Source: Octopus bimaculoides
Lineage: Eukaryota
Direction: 5' to 3'
Length of the DNA: 64,000 nt
Assembly (NCBI RefSeq): GCF_001194135.2
Contig: NC_068984.1
Span: 28,668,748 to 28,732,747 of the forward strand
Numbering within the stretch: the stretch's first letter is position 1; the number at the start of each line of letters is the position of its first letter. The notes beneath the pieces are model-generated. The model was given only the letters and a program-made list of their open reading frames with translations, was not told the DNA's origin and searched no databases. Made by a program: the position numbers and the translations under genes. Shown piece by piece: positions 39,299 to 52,909 of the stretch.

Positions 39299-39954
39299 TC
39301 TTTCTCTCTTCTCACACACACACTCAGAAATGACCCATATGGAATTGTCACATTGATATGTTATTGTTCACTTCATATTTGCTGCAAGCAGTTTATTATG
39401 TCAAGGGTTGAGGCAATTTTATGTTCTGCAATTTACAAAGTTGTGGAAAATAAGTATCAGACCTTCAAGAAAACTATGCAAATCAAAATAATATGCCATT
39501 TGTCCTTTACAAATATCTGCAAACAATAACACTTTACTTCAATGGTCTATGGTGCTTGAAGAATGATTGAAGCATCATTAAATACCTTTTCCAGGTCATT
39601 ATTAAGTCAGGCATGATCTCAGCTAATTCTGACCAAAACGTATCTAATTATACAAAGTATAGCATATTCTTCATCAATTAAATAGTACATAGTCCTGGAC
39701 AAAGCACTTGTGAGTTAGTCCTAATGTATTTTTAGACTGCACTTTTTCCATATTGAAAAGAATAAGTAATGTTTACCCATTTAAAGTATTATGTATATAC
39801 CAGAGCCTGTATTTTTGTTGCTGGATGCCATTTTCAGTTCCAATAATTTCTAGTAAATTTGCTACATTTAGTTAAACAGACTAATGAAGGCATGTATGAA
39901 GGAATGTATATTATAGAAAGTATTTCAGCACATATTTTTATACACATCATAGTA

Positions 39955-40265
39955 ATTGTTTTAACGTCCACTTCTCCATGTTTGCATGACTCGAGTGGAA
40001 TTCACTGAGGTAGATTTTTTATGGGTAGACACCTTTCCAGTCACCAACTCCTACCTGATTCTATGACCAAACTTGTTTCCAAAGATATGAAAGAAGGTAT
40101 ACCACTTATATCAATCACAATGACACTCATTTACAACTATCACATAATGTCAAAACACAGAAACACACATACACAATGATGGAGTTCTTTCAGGTTTTTG
40201 TTTATTAAATCTACTCACAAATTTTGGGTCAATCCAGGGCTATAATAGGAGACACTTGTCCTTGT
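39955..40265 (-). mobile_element. SINE with CORE-like head and RTE-type tail
   Basis: Shares blocks with 18720-19020 and 62845-63245 (tgacactcatttacaact, ttaacgtccacttctccatg). It ends on the plus strand with gagacacttgtcc, the reverse complement of the CORE-like block. Confidence 0.65.
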
Positions 40266-40359
40266 AAATATGTACATATTTGTGCCTTTGTGTGGTAAAT
40301 AATATACTGAGAATGTTCCTTCTGTAACGGTATTTCAGAAGAAATACATTGCTTATATC

Positions 40360-40828
40360 TCATTTCCATTCAACTTGAATCATGAGGGTTCATCATCACA
40401 CTTGACTCTTCATCATCACTACTTCATCTCTTTTTCCAGCTCAAATGTGATTATTTCCACTCTCTCTGTGAGAACTCATGTACTTCATCTACAACAAGAA
40501 ACCTGTTCTGTACTGACTCCTTCTTTCATACATTAATATCTCATCTTTTAGCATAAGGTTGCCTTTCTCTCTACTACAATCCCACTCAATCAAAAGGGAT
40601 CTTAGTCTTATCAGCCACATGGCAACTCCAGTAGAGTTGGTACTATGAAAAAAAAACTTGCAAAGAGGTTGGCATTAGGAAGGGCATCAAATCATAGGAA
40701 CCATGCCAAAGCAAACATTGGAGCACGATACAGTCCTTGGACCCATCAGATCCTGTTAAAACGATCCAACCTTTGCTAGCATGGAAGGTGGATGTTAAAG
40801 CTGATGATGAGGATGATGACGATGATGA
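40360..40828 (+). mobile_element. Pyrimidine-rich body plus RTE-type tail with (GAT)n
   Basis: CT-rich body, then gaggttggcattaggaagggcatc...ccaacctttgctagcatggaaggtggatgttaaagctgatgatgaggatgatgacgatgatg. Confidence 0.7.
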
Positions 40829-41915
40829 AACTTTTACATTGGTGTTTGAAGCATAACTTAGAATGTTATTACATAAAATGATAATGGAAGGTTTTAATTC
40901 AGTAAGAACATTTGAAAACTGGTGTTTTGCATCAAAGAATTAGAGGATGTCTCAGATGAATTACTATCAAAAGAGTTAACAAAGTTTTAATGCAATAAAT
41001 CTAAAAAAATTTTAAAAAAAGTTGTTTGAAAACGATGCTGACATTAACATGAGAAAATTAAGTCCAGTTAAAACATTACAAACAAAACAAGGTGCATATT
41101 GCTTTAGAATGAAATTCTTCAATCAACAAATCACAACAGATTATGAAGAGAATAACTGATCTGTGGATTACATCTAATTGATTTACCAGCAACCCCTATA
41201 TCATGAATCTATTTTGTCCTGGCTAACCTACGTTTCAACAACAAATAACTACAAAGTATACACACTGATACTCTTTGCTTTATTATAGATGGTACACAGA
41301 TTGCACCTATAGAGCACTTATACATTGAAACAAAAAGGATTAAACCACCTGCAATACTTAGGTATACAATCCACTGCCATACAAACTCCAGCGTAGACAG
41401 GCCTAGTCACTACATTTCCAACCAACTTGAAATACACGCACATTATACAAACTGTTCTAAAAACTCTATCTTTCACCTCCAACAAATATAAAAATATCAG
41501 CAGCATCGATATTTCAAGGTTTCCAAATTCTATACCAGAACACACATTATTAGATAATTAGAAAAGAATAGCAACTGCACAGAATAAATATTGCATTCTG
41601 TTTCAGCCAGCCCACCATGCACTCTTTGCTATGACCATCACTAAAACTTAGAGGCACATATGAAAGTGGAGGAAACAAAAGAGTTCGAAATTTTCATACT
41701 TACTACATAAAGTAAATCATGCTTTTTAAAACAGATACTGAAATCTTCACCTATGCAGTGACTTTCCCCAAGGTGCCAGATTTGTGAACTGTACTTAGCC
41801 TTTTAACCAATTACATATGTCATGTAGTCTTGCTCTCTAAGCACTAATAAGGGATGCACAAAAACACAAACAAATAAAAAAAATACAAACATATTCACAA
41901 TCAATTATTTTAACA

Positions 41916-41925
<10 letters not shown>

Positions 41926-41998
<73 letters not shown>
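41926..41998. repeat. (GA)n microsatellite
   Basis: Directly visible in the sequence. Confidence 0.97.
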
Positions 41999-42001
<3 letters not shown>

Positions 42002-43000
42002 CCTGAATATTTCCAAAGAGACACAAACAAGCTCATTTAAGAAAACAATTTTGTCATGCAGAATTCTTTGTGTCTGTTGTCTTTTATCAGATATTAAAAC
42101 TAAGACAAATTTTCTTTCTCATTAGTATGAACTGTTGATTCTAGTGGCACACTGTCAGAAACATTACCCTTTTTTTGTCTAAGATTACATTTTAACACTT
42201 CTACCCTTCACAGAGCAATTGAAACAATCTATGAAACAGTAAGAAACAAATAAACATAAATTCATTAATGTGAGATTGCTAACATTTCAACCACAATCAT
42301 TTTCTGTAACTTGACTGTTTTCTTTACATCTCATGTAAAGGTAAATTTTATGTTCAAAATTCCTGCAGTACACTGTTCCTTATGAAACAGTCACCAGAGA
42401 AATTTCTTAGCACAAGTAAGTAAAGTATTGATTCTAGATTTAAGTGGAGCCAGAAGGGAACAATAAGTATGAGTGGTCATGAGTTCAATACAAGAATTTC
42501 CAGCTGGTTGCATCTGGAATGTCAGAATGAGGTAGCTTGTATAATGGCTGCTTTCTTCAAAAAAACACTTAATGAACCTACCAGCCTTTCTGCTTTCCTA
42601 CGAACAATATCATAACTATTAGACAAACATTTCATTCTTCACTTTCACTTTTTGCTATTGCCATCTTGATACAATTTTCAAAGTTTTCTATACTTTTCAG
42701 TCGAGTCTTTGATGATTTTTTTCCCAATGTTATAGCAATATTATGTTAGCCACTACAGAATAGGTCAAAATTACCAAACAGAATGCTTCACATTTATTTA
42801 CAGAAAGAGAACACTGACACATTAATACATTGACTAGAGAATAGGCCCTTATAAAATTTCTGCATATAGAAACAATAAGGTCATATTAATACAACTTTTT
42901 ACTAGTATTAAAAGCATGAGATCTTTTAGAAATGTAAGTTACAAATACCCAAAACCACATATTGATTTGATTCTGACAGTTGCAAACAAAACCAATTCCT

Positions 43001-43352
43001 AACTAGAGCATTTAGAGAGTGCAAGCCTCTGCCAAGGCAACACCAACATCCTGTCAATGATTAGTCAGAGATGATTTTTAAAATGAGAAAATCTGAAATA
43101 AACTTGGCTGCTCTCACAAATGAGAATACTAAAAATGAACTTGGTTGCTCTCAAAAAAAAAAAAAATAAAAAAAAAAAACGGAAAAAATAATCCCGAATC
43201 ATTGTCCAGTACCGGATCAATCCCAATGGTAGTCATGGAATGCGAAGGCAGCTGTAGACAATTTAGTAACAGTAATAAATGGTTTATCCTTATCTAATAC
43301 AGGTCAAAGTTAACGAATTGACCATTCAAATGGTTTCAAAGGCAGAGGTAAT
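43001..43352 (+). mobile_element. Second copy of the HINE-like element (5' part plus a divergent 3' segment)
   Basis: aactagagcatttagagagtgcaagcctctgccaaggcaacaccaacatcc aligns with 37077-37220. There is a perfect inverted pair cctctgcc (43026-43033) / ggcagagg (43341-43348). Confidence 0.7.
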
Positions 43353-43752
43353 AATAATAAGTTCTACTCAGGAATTTTTAAATGAATAGCATGAAACCTT
43401 TTGGCTTTCTCTTCTCTTAAATTCCAGCCTTCCTTTAGAATTCCTGTTGTTTTAGATTAATGTTCAAATGTATGAATATAAGTATGCTGTAAAATGTTAA
43501 TATGTATGTATAATATATATATATATCATAAAAATATGTTAGTGTTATTTAATTTCTGAACGGTTTTGCTGCCATTTTCATGCAGTTTGATTTCTTTATC
43601 CATCAATTTCTACTAAGATAGAGACACGAGTAAAATTAATAGTAGAGAAATGAAAATAAAACTTTGGAAACAGCCTAAAGGGGGATAACTGAGAAAGACT
43701 TGAAAGTCAATATAAAATCATAATCAAGTCATTCAAAGTAAATATAACAACT

Positions 43753-43922
43753 AATCCAGTCCCAGATTGATCCCAAAATCTAATCAGTTTGTGCAGGTCA
43801 CGAGACCAAACATCTCTGAAAGTTTCATCTGAATCCATTCTGCAGTTCTTGAGATATCTTCTCCATGGACAAACAAACAAACATGACTGAAAACAATACC
43901 TCCACCTTCACGCGAAGGTAAT
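43753..43922 (+). mobile_element. 3' half of the HINE-like element
   Basis: Aligns with 37645-37826 (ccaaaatctaat, ccaaacatc, gaaagtttcat, ccatggaca, gactgaaaacaatacctcc) and has a terminal hairpin accttc-acgc-gaaggt. Confidence 0.75.
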
Positions 43923-44914
43923 AAAAGTTACAGATGATAAGTTACTGGTTTGAATAGTCTTAGTCAGGCATGAACACGTTTGTGACTTAACCAAGTGGTT
44001 TTGTCTTACTGTATAGCACCATGAGAAAGTACCTTCCACAACAGCCTTGGGCAAAAAATGCTTCCAAGCTGGTTGATGGAAACTGTGTGGAAGCATGAAT
44101 ATGACAATAATTCTAATTTGGAAAATAGTTTCGTCATCTGAGGAAAATATTAAATAATGAATATTTATACCAATATGTTGTCAAATAATCAAACCAAAAA
44201 AGTGTCTGATGTCATAAATATCATATCTCCATTAACTTCAAAAATAGTAATCAATAGTCATATATGAATTAAATCTCCATTAGAAAATGTAAAGAATCTA
44301 AAAAGTTTCCCTACTTCCTAAAAGTATGTTTTTAAACTCTAAAGTCTACAAAGTGGAATTTCTTTATATTTGTATGTATGGGTTTAATTTGAATATGAAT
44401 TTCTGTAACTGATTGATTCAATGCAATTTCTGACTAACAGATAAACCATCTTCTTTTATACTGCAACTACAATGACCTCTGTTCCTTGGAGATAGCTGGA
44501 TTGGACAACCTTTATCAGGTCCACCCAAATCACTCTGCCAGGTCCCTTACAGCCTAGCTTTTCAAGTAGTCCTTCTTTAGATGCTAGTTCTCTTGAATTT
44601 TAGTCTGCTCATGTTCCTCTGTTGCTGTCCATTTAATCATGTATGTTTAGTAAAAAATGACAAGTCTATAAGCACCACCTCTTCCTTCAGAACACTCATG
44701 AAGTTAAAAAACATATAATAGAAAGTGATCAGAAAATATTTTCTATTAAAGTGAGGATATGCAGCAACATAAAAAATCTACTATGACTTGAAACATGATT
44801 TCAGCCTATCACCAATTGCACTGTAATCCAACATAACCTCATGCTAGGTTATAAAAATGCCATGGCAGATAAAATCATGTAAAGTTGGTATATTTATTTT
44901 CAAAACAGGGCATC

Positions 44915-45604
44915 AGATGTAGCATGCAAAATAGAAATCTGTGCTGGTATGGTCATGTGATGCATATGGACAAGGAAAGTAGCATAAAGAAGTGCTAATC
45001 TCTAATGATAGAGGTAACCTATGGAAGAGATAGATCCAGTAAGATGTGGAACTAGATGATGAGAAAGAATCTTCAAATGTATGACCACACTGAAAAAATG
45101 ACAAAGGACTGAGGCTTCTGCTCATTTGCTGTGCTTAAGATGACACACCAAGCTAAGTAAAACTGTGACCATCCATACATATAAGCTGGTCCTTTACAGC
45201 CATGCCTTCCACTTCCTCTCTCTGCTGAGAGGTTTTTGTTTTGTGGGCTTGTGGTGCCACATAAAAAGCACTTGTGCCAGTGCCATGTAAAAAGCACACA
45301 TGCCAGTACTACTTGGAAAGCACTCGTGCCACCACCATGCTGGTGTCATGTTTAGAGTACCCATGCTAGTTCCGTATAAAGGCACCTGCACTGATACCAC
45401 ATAAAAGTACCCATACCAGTGCCACGTAAAAAGCACCCAGTGCACTCTGTAAAATGGTTGGCATTAGGAAGGGCATCCAGCAATAGAAACCTTACCAAAA
45501 CAAAACAACTGGAGTCTGGGCAGCTCTCTGGCTGGCCATCCCCTGTCAAACTGACCAACCCATGCCAATATAGAAAGCAGACATTAAATGATGATGATGA
45601 TGAT
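44915..45604 (+). mobile_element. 3' end of an RTE-clade LINE: ORF2 C-terminus, minisatellite-containing 3' UTR and (GAT)n tail
   Basis: Translation CSMQNRNLCWYGHVMHMDKESSIKKC*SLMIEVTYGRDRSSKMW...FAVLKMTHQAK* is followed by degenerate units of about 24 nt (gtgccagtgccacgtaaaaagcac), then tggttggcattaggaagggcatccag...acattaaatgatgatgatgatgat. Confidence 0.85.
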
Positions 45605-45899
45605 GTTGAAGGAAGTTTTCATAATCTTAACATAATTGTGTGATCATATTTGACACTACAAAATTGCAGTTCTAAGATATAGGAATTTAATATATGGTTC
45701 CAACTTCCAAAGAGACATTAAATAGATTAGTTAATTTGTCTTATATGGAGCAGATGAAGCAATTATAGTAGAGACTTTCACACAAGGTCATGAATGCAGA
45801 GTTAAGATAGATATACAAGTTAAAGTATAGGTAAACGATAAATAAGCAAAATATAGTAAATCTAAATCTAAGTGAAAGGCAAAAGGCAGAATAAATACA

Positions 45900-46180
45900 T
45901 AATCATCATCATCATCATCATTTAATGTCTGTCTTCCATGCTGGCATGGGATGCATGATTTGACAGGAGCTGGTAACCCTGGGGACTGCACCAAGCTCCA
46001 CTGTCTGCTTTGGCATGGTTTTACAACTGGTGCCCTTCCTAATGCCACCCAATTTACAGGCTGAACAGGGTGAGGTTTTTTTTATGTGGTACCAGCACTG
46101 GTGAGATCACCACATAAAACTTGCAAGACAAAGATCCAAAAACCGAGAAGTGGAGTCTTATTGAAAGAAGTGAATTTTTG
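45900..46180 (-). mobile_element. RTE-type tail copy with upstream body fragment
   Basis: The plus strand reads atcatcatcatcatcatcatttaatgtctgtcttccatgctggcatggg...tgcccttcctaatgccacc, the reverse complement of the shared tail. Confidence 0.8.
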
Positions 46181-46347
46181 CCAGGTGTTGAAAGATGATA
46201 ATCACAAACTGGGAAAATTATACAATTATTTTGGCTTTGACAAATCTGGTCAACAAAATAAAATTAATGTTACATATAAAAAGGTCTTAATTTGACCAAC
46301 AATGGTGGAAAACAGAAACAAACACAATATTCTATAACAACAGTTAA

Positions 46348-46405
<58 letters not shown>

Positions 46406-49400
46406 GGTGTTATTGTTTTATTTGAAGGGCAACCAGGCTGAATTTTCAAAGTCACTATCGACCATTACAGAAGTATAATAAATATGTACTCTATAACAAA
46501 AAATATTGAGTAATTCTTCAGTTTAGTGTTAAACTGTTTTCATATATAACATGATATAAAATAAAACATTAATGTGTGTGTGTGTGTGTGTGTGTCTGTG
46601 TGTGTGTGTGTGTGTGCGTGTGTAAATATATTCATATACATGTGTGGTGCATGTACATGCAAGTGAAACAGCAGTGATATGTGCCTTCAAATGGTGTGTG
46701 TATATGTAAAATTATGTCCGTTTCCATGTGTTTAATTGACTAATTTGGGATATAAAGCAATATTTTCAATGTGTGAAGTTGCAAAAGAAATATAAGATCA
46801 CATATGCATACACATTTTGAATGAAAATATCACTGCTGATATATAAATCTTCAAGTTTTAACACTATACAAGGTTCTCTTTTGCTGGTGTTGTTTTGATT
46901 CATAGCTGTAATTGATAAGTTACCACCCAATTGCATCATCTCTTAGAGAAACTACTGATATTACTGTGTCACCATAGAACTACAACTGTTAGAAAATGCC
47001 AGTATGTGAGATATCAGGAGCTAAGTCTGCTAGTTAATATAGCATTGCTCTTGTCACTGACTGATCGTTGGAAATAGTTGATATAATGCTTCTGCAGTTG
47101 CTGTTTTTGTTACTGAAACTGTCAGTGAACAGGCATGTTAGGGGGATTGTTTGAGGGATATTACCACAATTACTCAAACCTTTGGGTGTAAATGTGCATC
47201 ACTAGTAAGACATAAATATACCCTTTCTTTTAATAAGGGAGATCCACCACAAAATCAATGTAAGTAAACTAGACTGAAAGTTTAATCAAGAAGATTACAA
47301 AAATGACAATAAAAAAGAGCAGAGCTGTTGCAATAGGGAAGCTATTAGCTTTCAATTGTATAGATATAGACTTAATCAACCATACTAACTAATCTCTTTT
47401 TATGGGATTATATTTTATGTTAATATGGCATGGATGAAGTTTGAAAATTTAAAATTATAACAAATTCATTACAGCAAGTATTTTTATATATACACCTTGT
47501 CTCTCTTCCTAATCACTTAACTATGAAATGGGACAGACATCTATACTCAGTGAGGCAGACTAAATCAGACTTAAAAGAATGTATATATCAATGTCATCAT
47601 TGTCAGCATTCCAGCACCTCAAGCTGACAATCACAATTCTTATTTTAAATGCAGAGGAGCAGGTTGGTAAATCATTGACTCCACACGATTTATTATACAA
47701 TGTTGGCTATCCAGTTAAAATAACTAGAAAACAACTAATACTAGTGGCAATTTTGGTGCATGGCAATCATACTGATAGTGTACTATGAGAATTTAGCTTC
47801 TACTTTTAGCCTGGAGTATACTCCAGCTTTAAACAACTAACCGTAATGCATCTTAAAAATACTTTAGAATATTGCATATACATAAATACTCACATAAATG
47901 AATTGATGCAGTTAACACATACACAAACATTGTACATTTTATCCAAAACAAGGCACTATGGTTTATCAGTAAACTTGTGTTTACATCCATGCAACAAAAC
48001 CACTAACTCACTGATGAACAGTATCCTCTCTCTGTTCAATTTACACAACTAAATCATTTCTATTCCTCTGAACTAGCAAGTCACTAAACCCTAAGTAAAA
48101 TATCGCACTCAATTCTTTCCTCCTAGAACTGCAATCCTGTATAATCTTCTTTTCTTTGCCCACATTTTTTTCAGTCAACAGCAAGCAAAATTTCAGTTGG
48201 TTCATCTATATCCATCTCTTCAGTCTACATACAACTCATTATAATAAAAATATATATATAATCTTTGTCTTTTAAAACAAAGCTAATAATTTTGTGAGAA
48301 GGATAGAATCAATCTTATCAAGCAACTGTGGAAGGATGAAGCTTAAAATCAACCTTGGCAAAAATGGGATATAACCAAATACTGAAAAATGATTGGTTCA
48401 GCATTCTAGCATAATAGATAAATCTAAATTCACTTCCTTGAACTAATTAACTTTTATTTTTAAAAGGGATGACAATAATTTTAGAATTCAGCAATGACAG
48501 AAGCAGCAGCAGTCAAGCATTTTGGTACTATTTGTATGTGTTTTGCAAATGGATGAATGTGATTTTAAGGACACAGTTATTAACTGCTGGCATTGCATGT
48601 CTATACATTGTATTTTGGAAAATATTTTAAAGTAAATTGTTTAGCTTTATAATTTGGCATACAAGTTAGGTGAATTTTACTTTGATCTAAGAACAATTCC
48701 ATTACACTCTTGATAGAGTTTGTAGAAATTCAACTAAATGACTTTTGATTCAAATATGAAGTTTACAAACCCATCACAAACAAAGTAAATGCACAATTCT
48801 TTAACAACATTTACTTCATTTGAAACTCTTAGTAAAAGATTCAAGAAAGAAATTGAAAATTTGGAAGCTGTAATTTTAAATACGCTCTGAAATATTTGCC
48901 AAATCAAATGACGGATTTATCCCTTTTTATTTAAGTAGTTACTTTACTTCTGGAAGATAAAATTATGAAGATAGTGATTACAGTTCTTAACTTGAACATT
49001 CATCACTAATTCATTTATTAACCAATCATATTTTACTCAATAACTTTCTACCAACTCGCCATTAACTTAACTTTACCTATGAACACCAAAGTAAACAACT
49101 TACACATATTTTATGGATCAAGTCCAGAACTATGCTTTGCATTTAAAAACAACATTGATTTTATTAGTTTACAGAGTTATGTTTGGAGACGATAAATAGT
49201 TTAGATGTAAGATTTGTAGGGAATGAGTTAAAAGAGCTCTTGGCATTTTGTTACAACCATAACCAGGTATGAAACAACATATTTTAAAAGTAACAAACCC
49301 AGAAAATTATGGTCAGTTTTATTTCCTAATTGGGAGGTGAATGTATATGCAGTCTTGAAAGTATTCTGGACATAAGTGCATTTGAAATAGAAGCATCAGT

Positions 49401-49579
49401 CTCCAGTTGCCCCTCTTTGCAAAGAGAGTGAATAACCTATTGATTAATGCTGAGCTGGTATTTTACAGTCGAAAATCCAAATGTACCATCTTCAGCACTA
49501 CTGACACTAAATTACATAACATTTGTTGAATTTACACCTGCAATGCTATTTCAAGTGTATGTATGCACAACTATGCCTT

Positions 49580-49770
49580 CACTGGTCTTGATGGTATTGT
49601 CTGCTTTTCAAATATGGCAGGCTCTTTCTACTGCGCTAGCTTTCACTACCTTTCCAGTTCTGCCTTCATTATCCCAGAACAGTGGAAAATTGCCAGTGTT
49701 ATTCACTTCCCCTGTCAATCACTCTCCAATTAGTCTCACAAGCTGTATCACCAAAATGATGGTATCCTGT
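49580..49770 (+). mobile_element. Decayed CR1-group LINE fragment (pre-RT region)
   Basis: Frameshifted peptides TGLDGI, IIPEQWKIASVI and SPISLTSCITKMM match GPDGI...PxxWKxAxVxP...YRPISLTSxxxKxME. Confidence 0.6.
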
Positions 49771-49939
49771 TTCAGAGAGACACTCTGGAACTTCTGGATT
49801 TATTTGTTTCTATCAGCTGTTGCCAACTCATTGCATTTCTTGAAGATGCTACCTGAATTACATGGATGCAGTTGTCTATCTCAACTTTGTCCAAACTTTT
49901 AATTCTATATCACAAATATGATCTATGGCAAAGATGGGT

Positions 49940-50225
49940 CTACCTCTGCTACAAGTTCCCACCACAGTTAGAGATTGGCATTTCTTTACACAGCTGTCTT
50001 CATCCATATGCATCACATGACCATACCAGCACTGTCGTCTCTCTTGCGCACCACATCTGATGCCTCTTATGCCTAACTTTTCTCTCAAGATGCTTACACT
50101 GTCGAACATGCACACTGACATTGCACATCCAGTAGCTTCATTTCTTTCAAGCCTACACATGCCCTCGGCTGTCATAGTCCATGTTTCCCTGCCATGTAGT
50201 ATAGCTGTTTGCAACTTATACAAAT
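49940..50225 (-). mobile_element. RTE-clade LINE ORF2 C-terminal fragment
   Basis: The C-terminal part of track ORF 49876-50337 reads TAILHGRETWTMTAEGMCRLERNE...LREKLGIRGIRCGAQERRQCWYGHVMHMDEDSCVKKCQSLTVVGTCSRGRP. Confidence 0.85.
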
Positions 50226-52065
50226 GTTTATGCATTGGGTATAAGCTAGTATATGCATGCACATACATTAATACATATACACTACCATAAATGCATGCAC
50301 TTATACACAAATATTTAGCTGGTCTAATTGGTAACATCCAGCATCACTGAAAAAATCACATGATGAACTAAGCTTTCAATTAGCAGATTTTAGTTACTCT
50401 AAGCCTTAAATTTTCTGTATTTTAGAAAGAAATTTAGTGTTTTATTCAAATTTCATGTATATACCTTTTTTTTTAACCCCACCCAAATCAGAGCTTCCTT
50501 CTGGAAATGCTTCTTTTCTTGACTCTATTTTCTAAATTTTTCTTGACATATTCATCTGCTTCATACAACCTTTCCTTTGATATTTCCCCATTTGTTGAAT
50601 GATAAATAAATAGGAAGATATCAATAAATAGGAAAACACAAAAGGGATGAAGTTATCATTCTTCAACCAAAACTTATTTTTTCCACTATTATGATAGTTG
50701 TCAGCATCCCTATTATCATCAATACATCTATAGTCTAATTCTTTTCTATACTTTTGTACAGCATCCTTAACTCAACTCCACCATCTTTCTCATCATGTTC
50801 ACTCATTATCAAACAATAAAAGGTAATTTTTACCAAGAAAAAAAAGCGAAAGGAATACAAAAGCAAAATACTAAGAAAAATATATACATTAATAAAATAA
50901 ATTTAACTATCAAAGTCTACAGTAAATATTGATTTTTATGAGGTGTGGCAAATGGGAAAGATCAAAATAAGGGAAAATTGGATACAACAAATATTATACT
51001 GAGCCCTTAGCATTTGCTTCAATATTAGTTCAAATAGGATTAAAATAATTAACCCACACTTTATTTTCATTTTTATCCTTCCAACATTTAAAAATTTTAA
51101 TTATGCATTTTAATGACTCAAGACAAATCCAGTTTGCCTTTGAAGGTCTCAAAGAAGTCTTATTCAAAATAGCTTTCTGCAGCACAAAAACACCTTGTTC
51201 CAACCTGGCCACTCCTACATTTTCTCCTTATCTCTGGGTGTCCTTCTGCGTCTTCTCTCCAAGAACTCTTTTTTAAAAATTCATTAAAAAATAATGTGAA
51301 TATTCTAAATGTTTTTCATGCATTTAACACTCTTGAAGAGATGCAACAAATCAAATATGTAACAAATGTGAAAATAACCAGTTGCAATGTGTGTGTGTGT
51401 GTGTGTGCATGCACGTGTAGCTCTTTGGCAATGTATAAAATATACTAACCTAAAATATCATAGTGTAGAATCATACTTCAACAACGAAATATAGACATAT
51501 TTTAACAAATACCCACAAAATGTTTGAGAAAGGATCATGAATTCTTGTCAATTGAAATCAATTTGTTTTCACAAAAGAAAAGAAAGAAAAAAAAAACAAA
51601 ACAAAAACAATGCTAGAAAATGCCAACCAATATTGTACCCTTTGTCATATATGTGTTGCTCAATTGTTGGCATTAATTTGACTTAAAATTAAATGTCAAG
51701 ATCTTATGAGGAATGTATAACAAAAATTCATATATGTATATTTCACAAACACACGCACACACACATGCATGCAATCACACACACAAATGCATGGCTGTAT
51801 GGTTGCATGGTTAAGATGTCTTCAATGCAGTTGTGCAGCTTCTTGCTTTGAACAAAACTCAGAGAAAGCTTCTAAGATAATTACAAAGCAGAATGCTCAT
51901 TTAAAATCTTTGCTAATTACAGGTAAAAGCAATGAAATGTAAAAGTATTTATATGTCATCATATAAAATGACTTATAAGAAGAACCATGAAAAAAAAAAA
52001 CTGTGTAAAAGGAAATTGTGCAAATCCTTTTAGATGAACTTAATTTGAAGGTACAACTGTGTGTA

Positions 52066-52068
<3 letters not shown>

Positions 52069-52114
<46 letters not shown>

Positions 52115-52868
52115 TCATCATCATCATCNNNNNNNNNNNNNNNNNNNNNNNNNNNNNNNNNNNNNNNNNNNNNNNNNNNNNNNNNNNNNNNNNNNNNNNN
52201 NNNNNNNNNNNNNNNNNNNNNNNNNNNNNNNNNNNNNNNNNNNNNNNNNNNNNNNNNNNNNNNNNNNNNNNNNNNNNNNNNNNNNNNNNNNNNNNNNNNN
52301 NNNNNNNNNNNNNNNNNNNNNNNNNNNNNNNNNNNNNNNNNNNNNNNNNNNNNNNNNNNNNNNNNNNNNNNNNNNNNNNNNNNNNNNNNNNNNNNNNNNN
52401 NNNNNNNNNNNNNNNNNNNNNNNNNNNNNNNNNNNNNNNNNNNNNNNNNNNNNNNNNNNNNNNNNNNNNNNNNNNNNNNNNNNNNNNNNNNNNNNNNNNN
52501 NNNNNNNNNNNNNNNNNNNNNNNNNNNNNNNNNNNNNNNNNNNNNNNNNNNNNNNNNNNNNNNNNNNNNNNNNNNNNNNNNNNNNNNNNNNNNNNNNNNN
52601 NNNNNNNNNNNNNNNNNNNNNNNNNNNNNNNNNNNNNNNNNNNNNNNNNNNNNNNNNNNNNNNNNNNNNNNNNNNNNNNNNNNNNNNNNNNNNNNNNNNN
52701 NNNNNNNNNNNNNNNNNNNNNNNNNNNNNNNNNNNNNNNNNNNNNNNNNNNNNNNNNNNNNNNNNNNNNNNNNNNNNNNNNNNNNNNNNNNNNNNNNNNN
52801 NNNNNNNNNNNNNNNNNNNNNNNNNNNNNNNNNNNNNNNNNNNNNTATACATACATATATATACATTC

Positions 52869-52908
<40 letters not shown>

Positions 52909-52909
52909 A
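52069..52909. repeat. (CT)n, (ATC)n and (TA/TACA)n microsatellites flanking an assembly gap (N 52129-52845)
   Basis: Directly visible in the sequence. Confidence 0.95.

Noticed and set aside
41270-41480. Possible very old LINE fragment (IIDGTQI, QYLGIQ) and overlapping 75-aa minus-strand ORF
   Set aside because: The motif matches are too short and fragmented to support either a gene or a family call.
45250-45440. Array of ~24-nt repeats that superficially resembles a CRISPR array
   Set aside because: The units are tandem and degenerate with no unique spacers, there are no cas genes, the context is eukaryotic, and the array lies in a LINE 3' UTR.
49447-49902. 151-aa ORF, the longest gap-free plus-strand ORF
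   Set aside because: It has no coherent domain. Recognisable motifs are scattered across frames and belong to a decayed CR1-group LINE.
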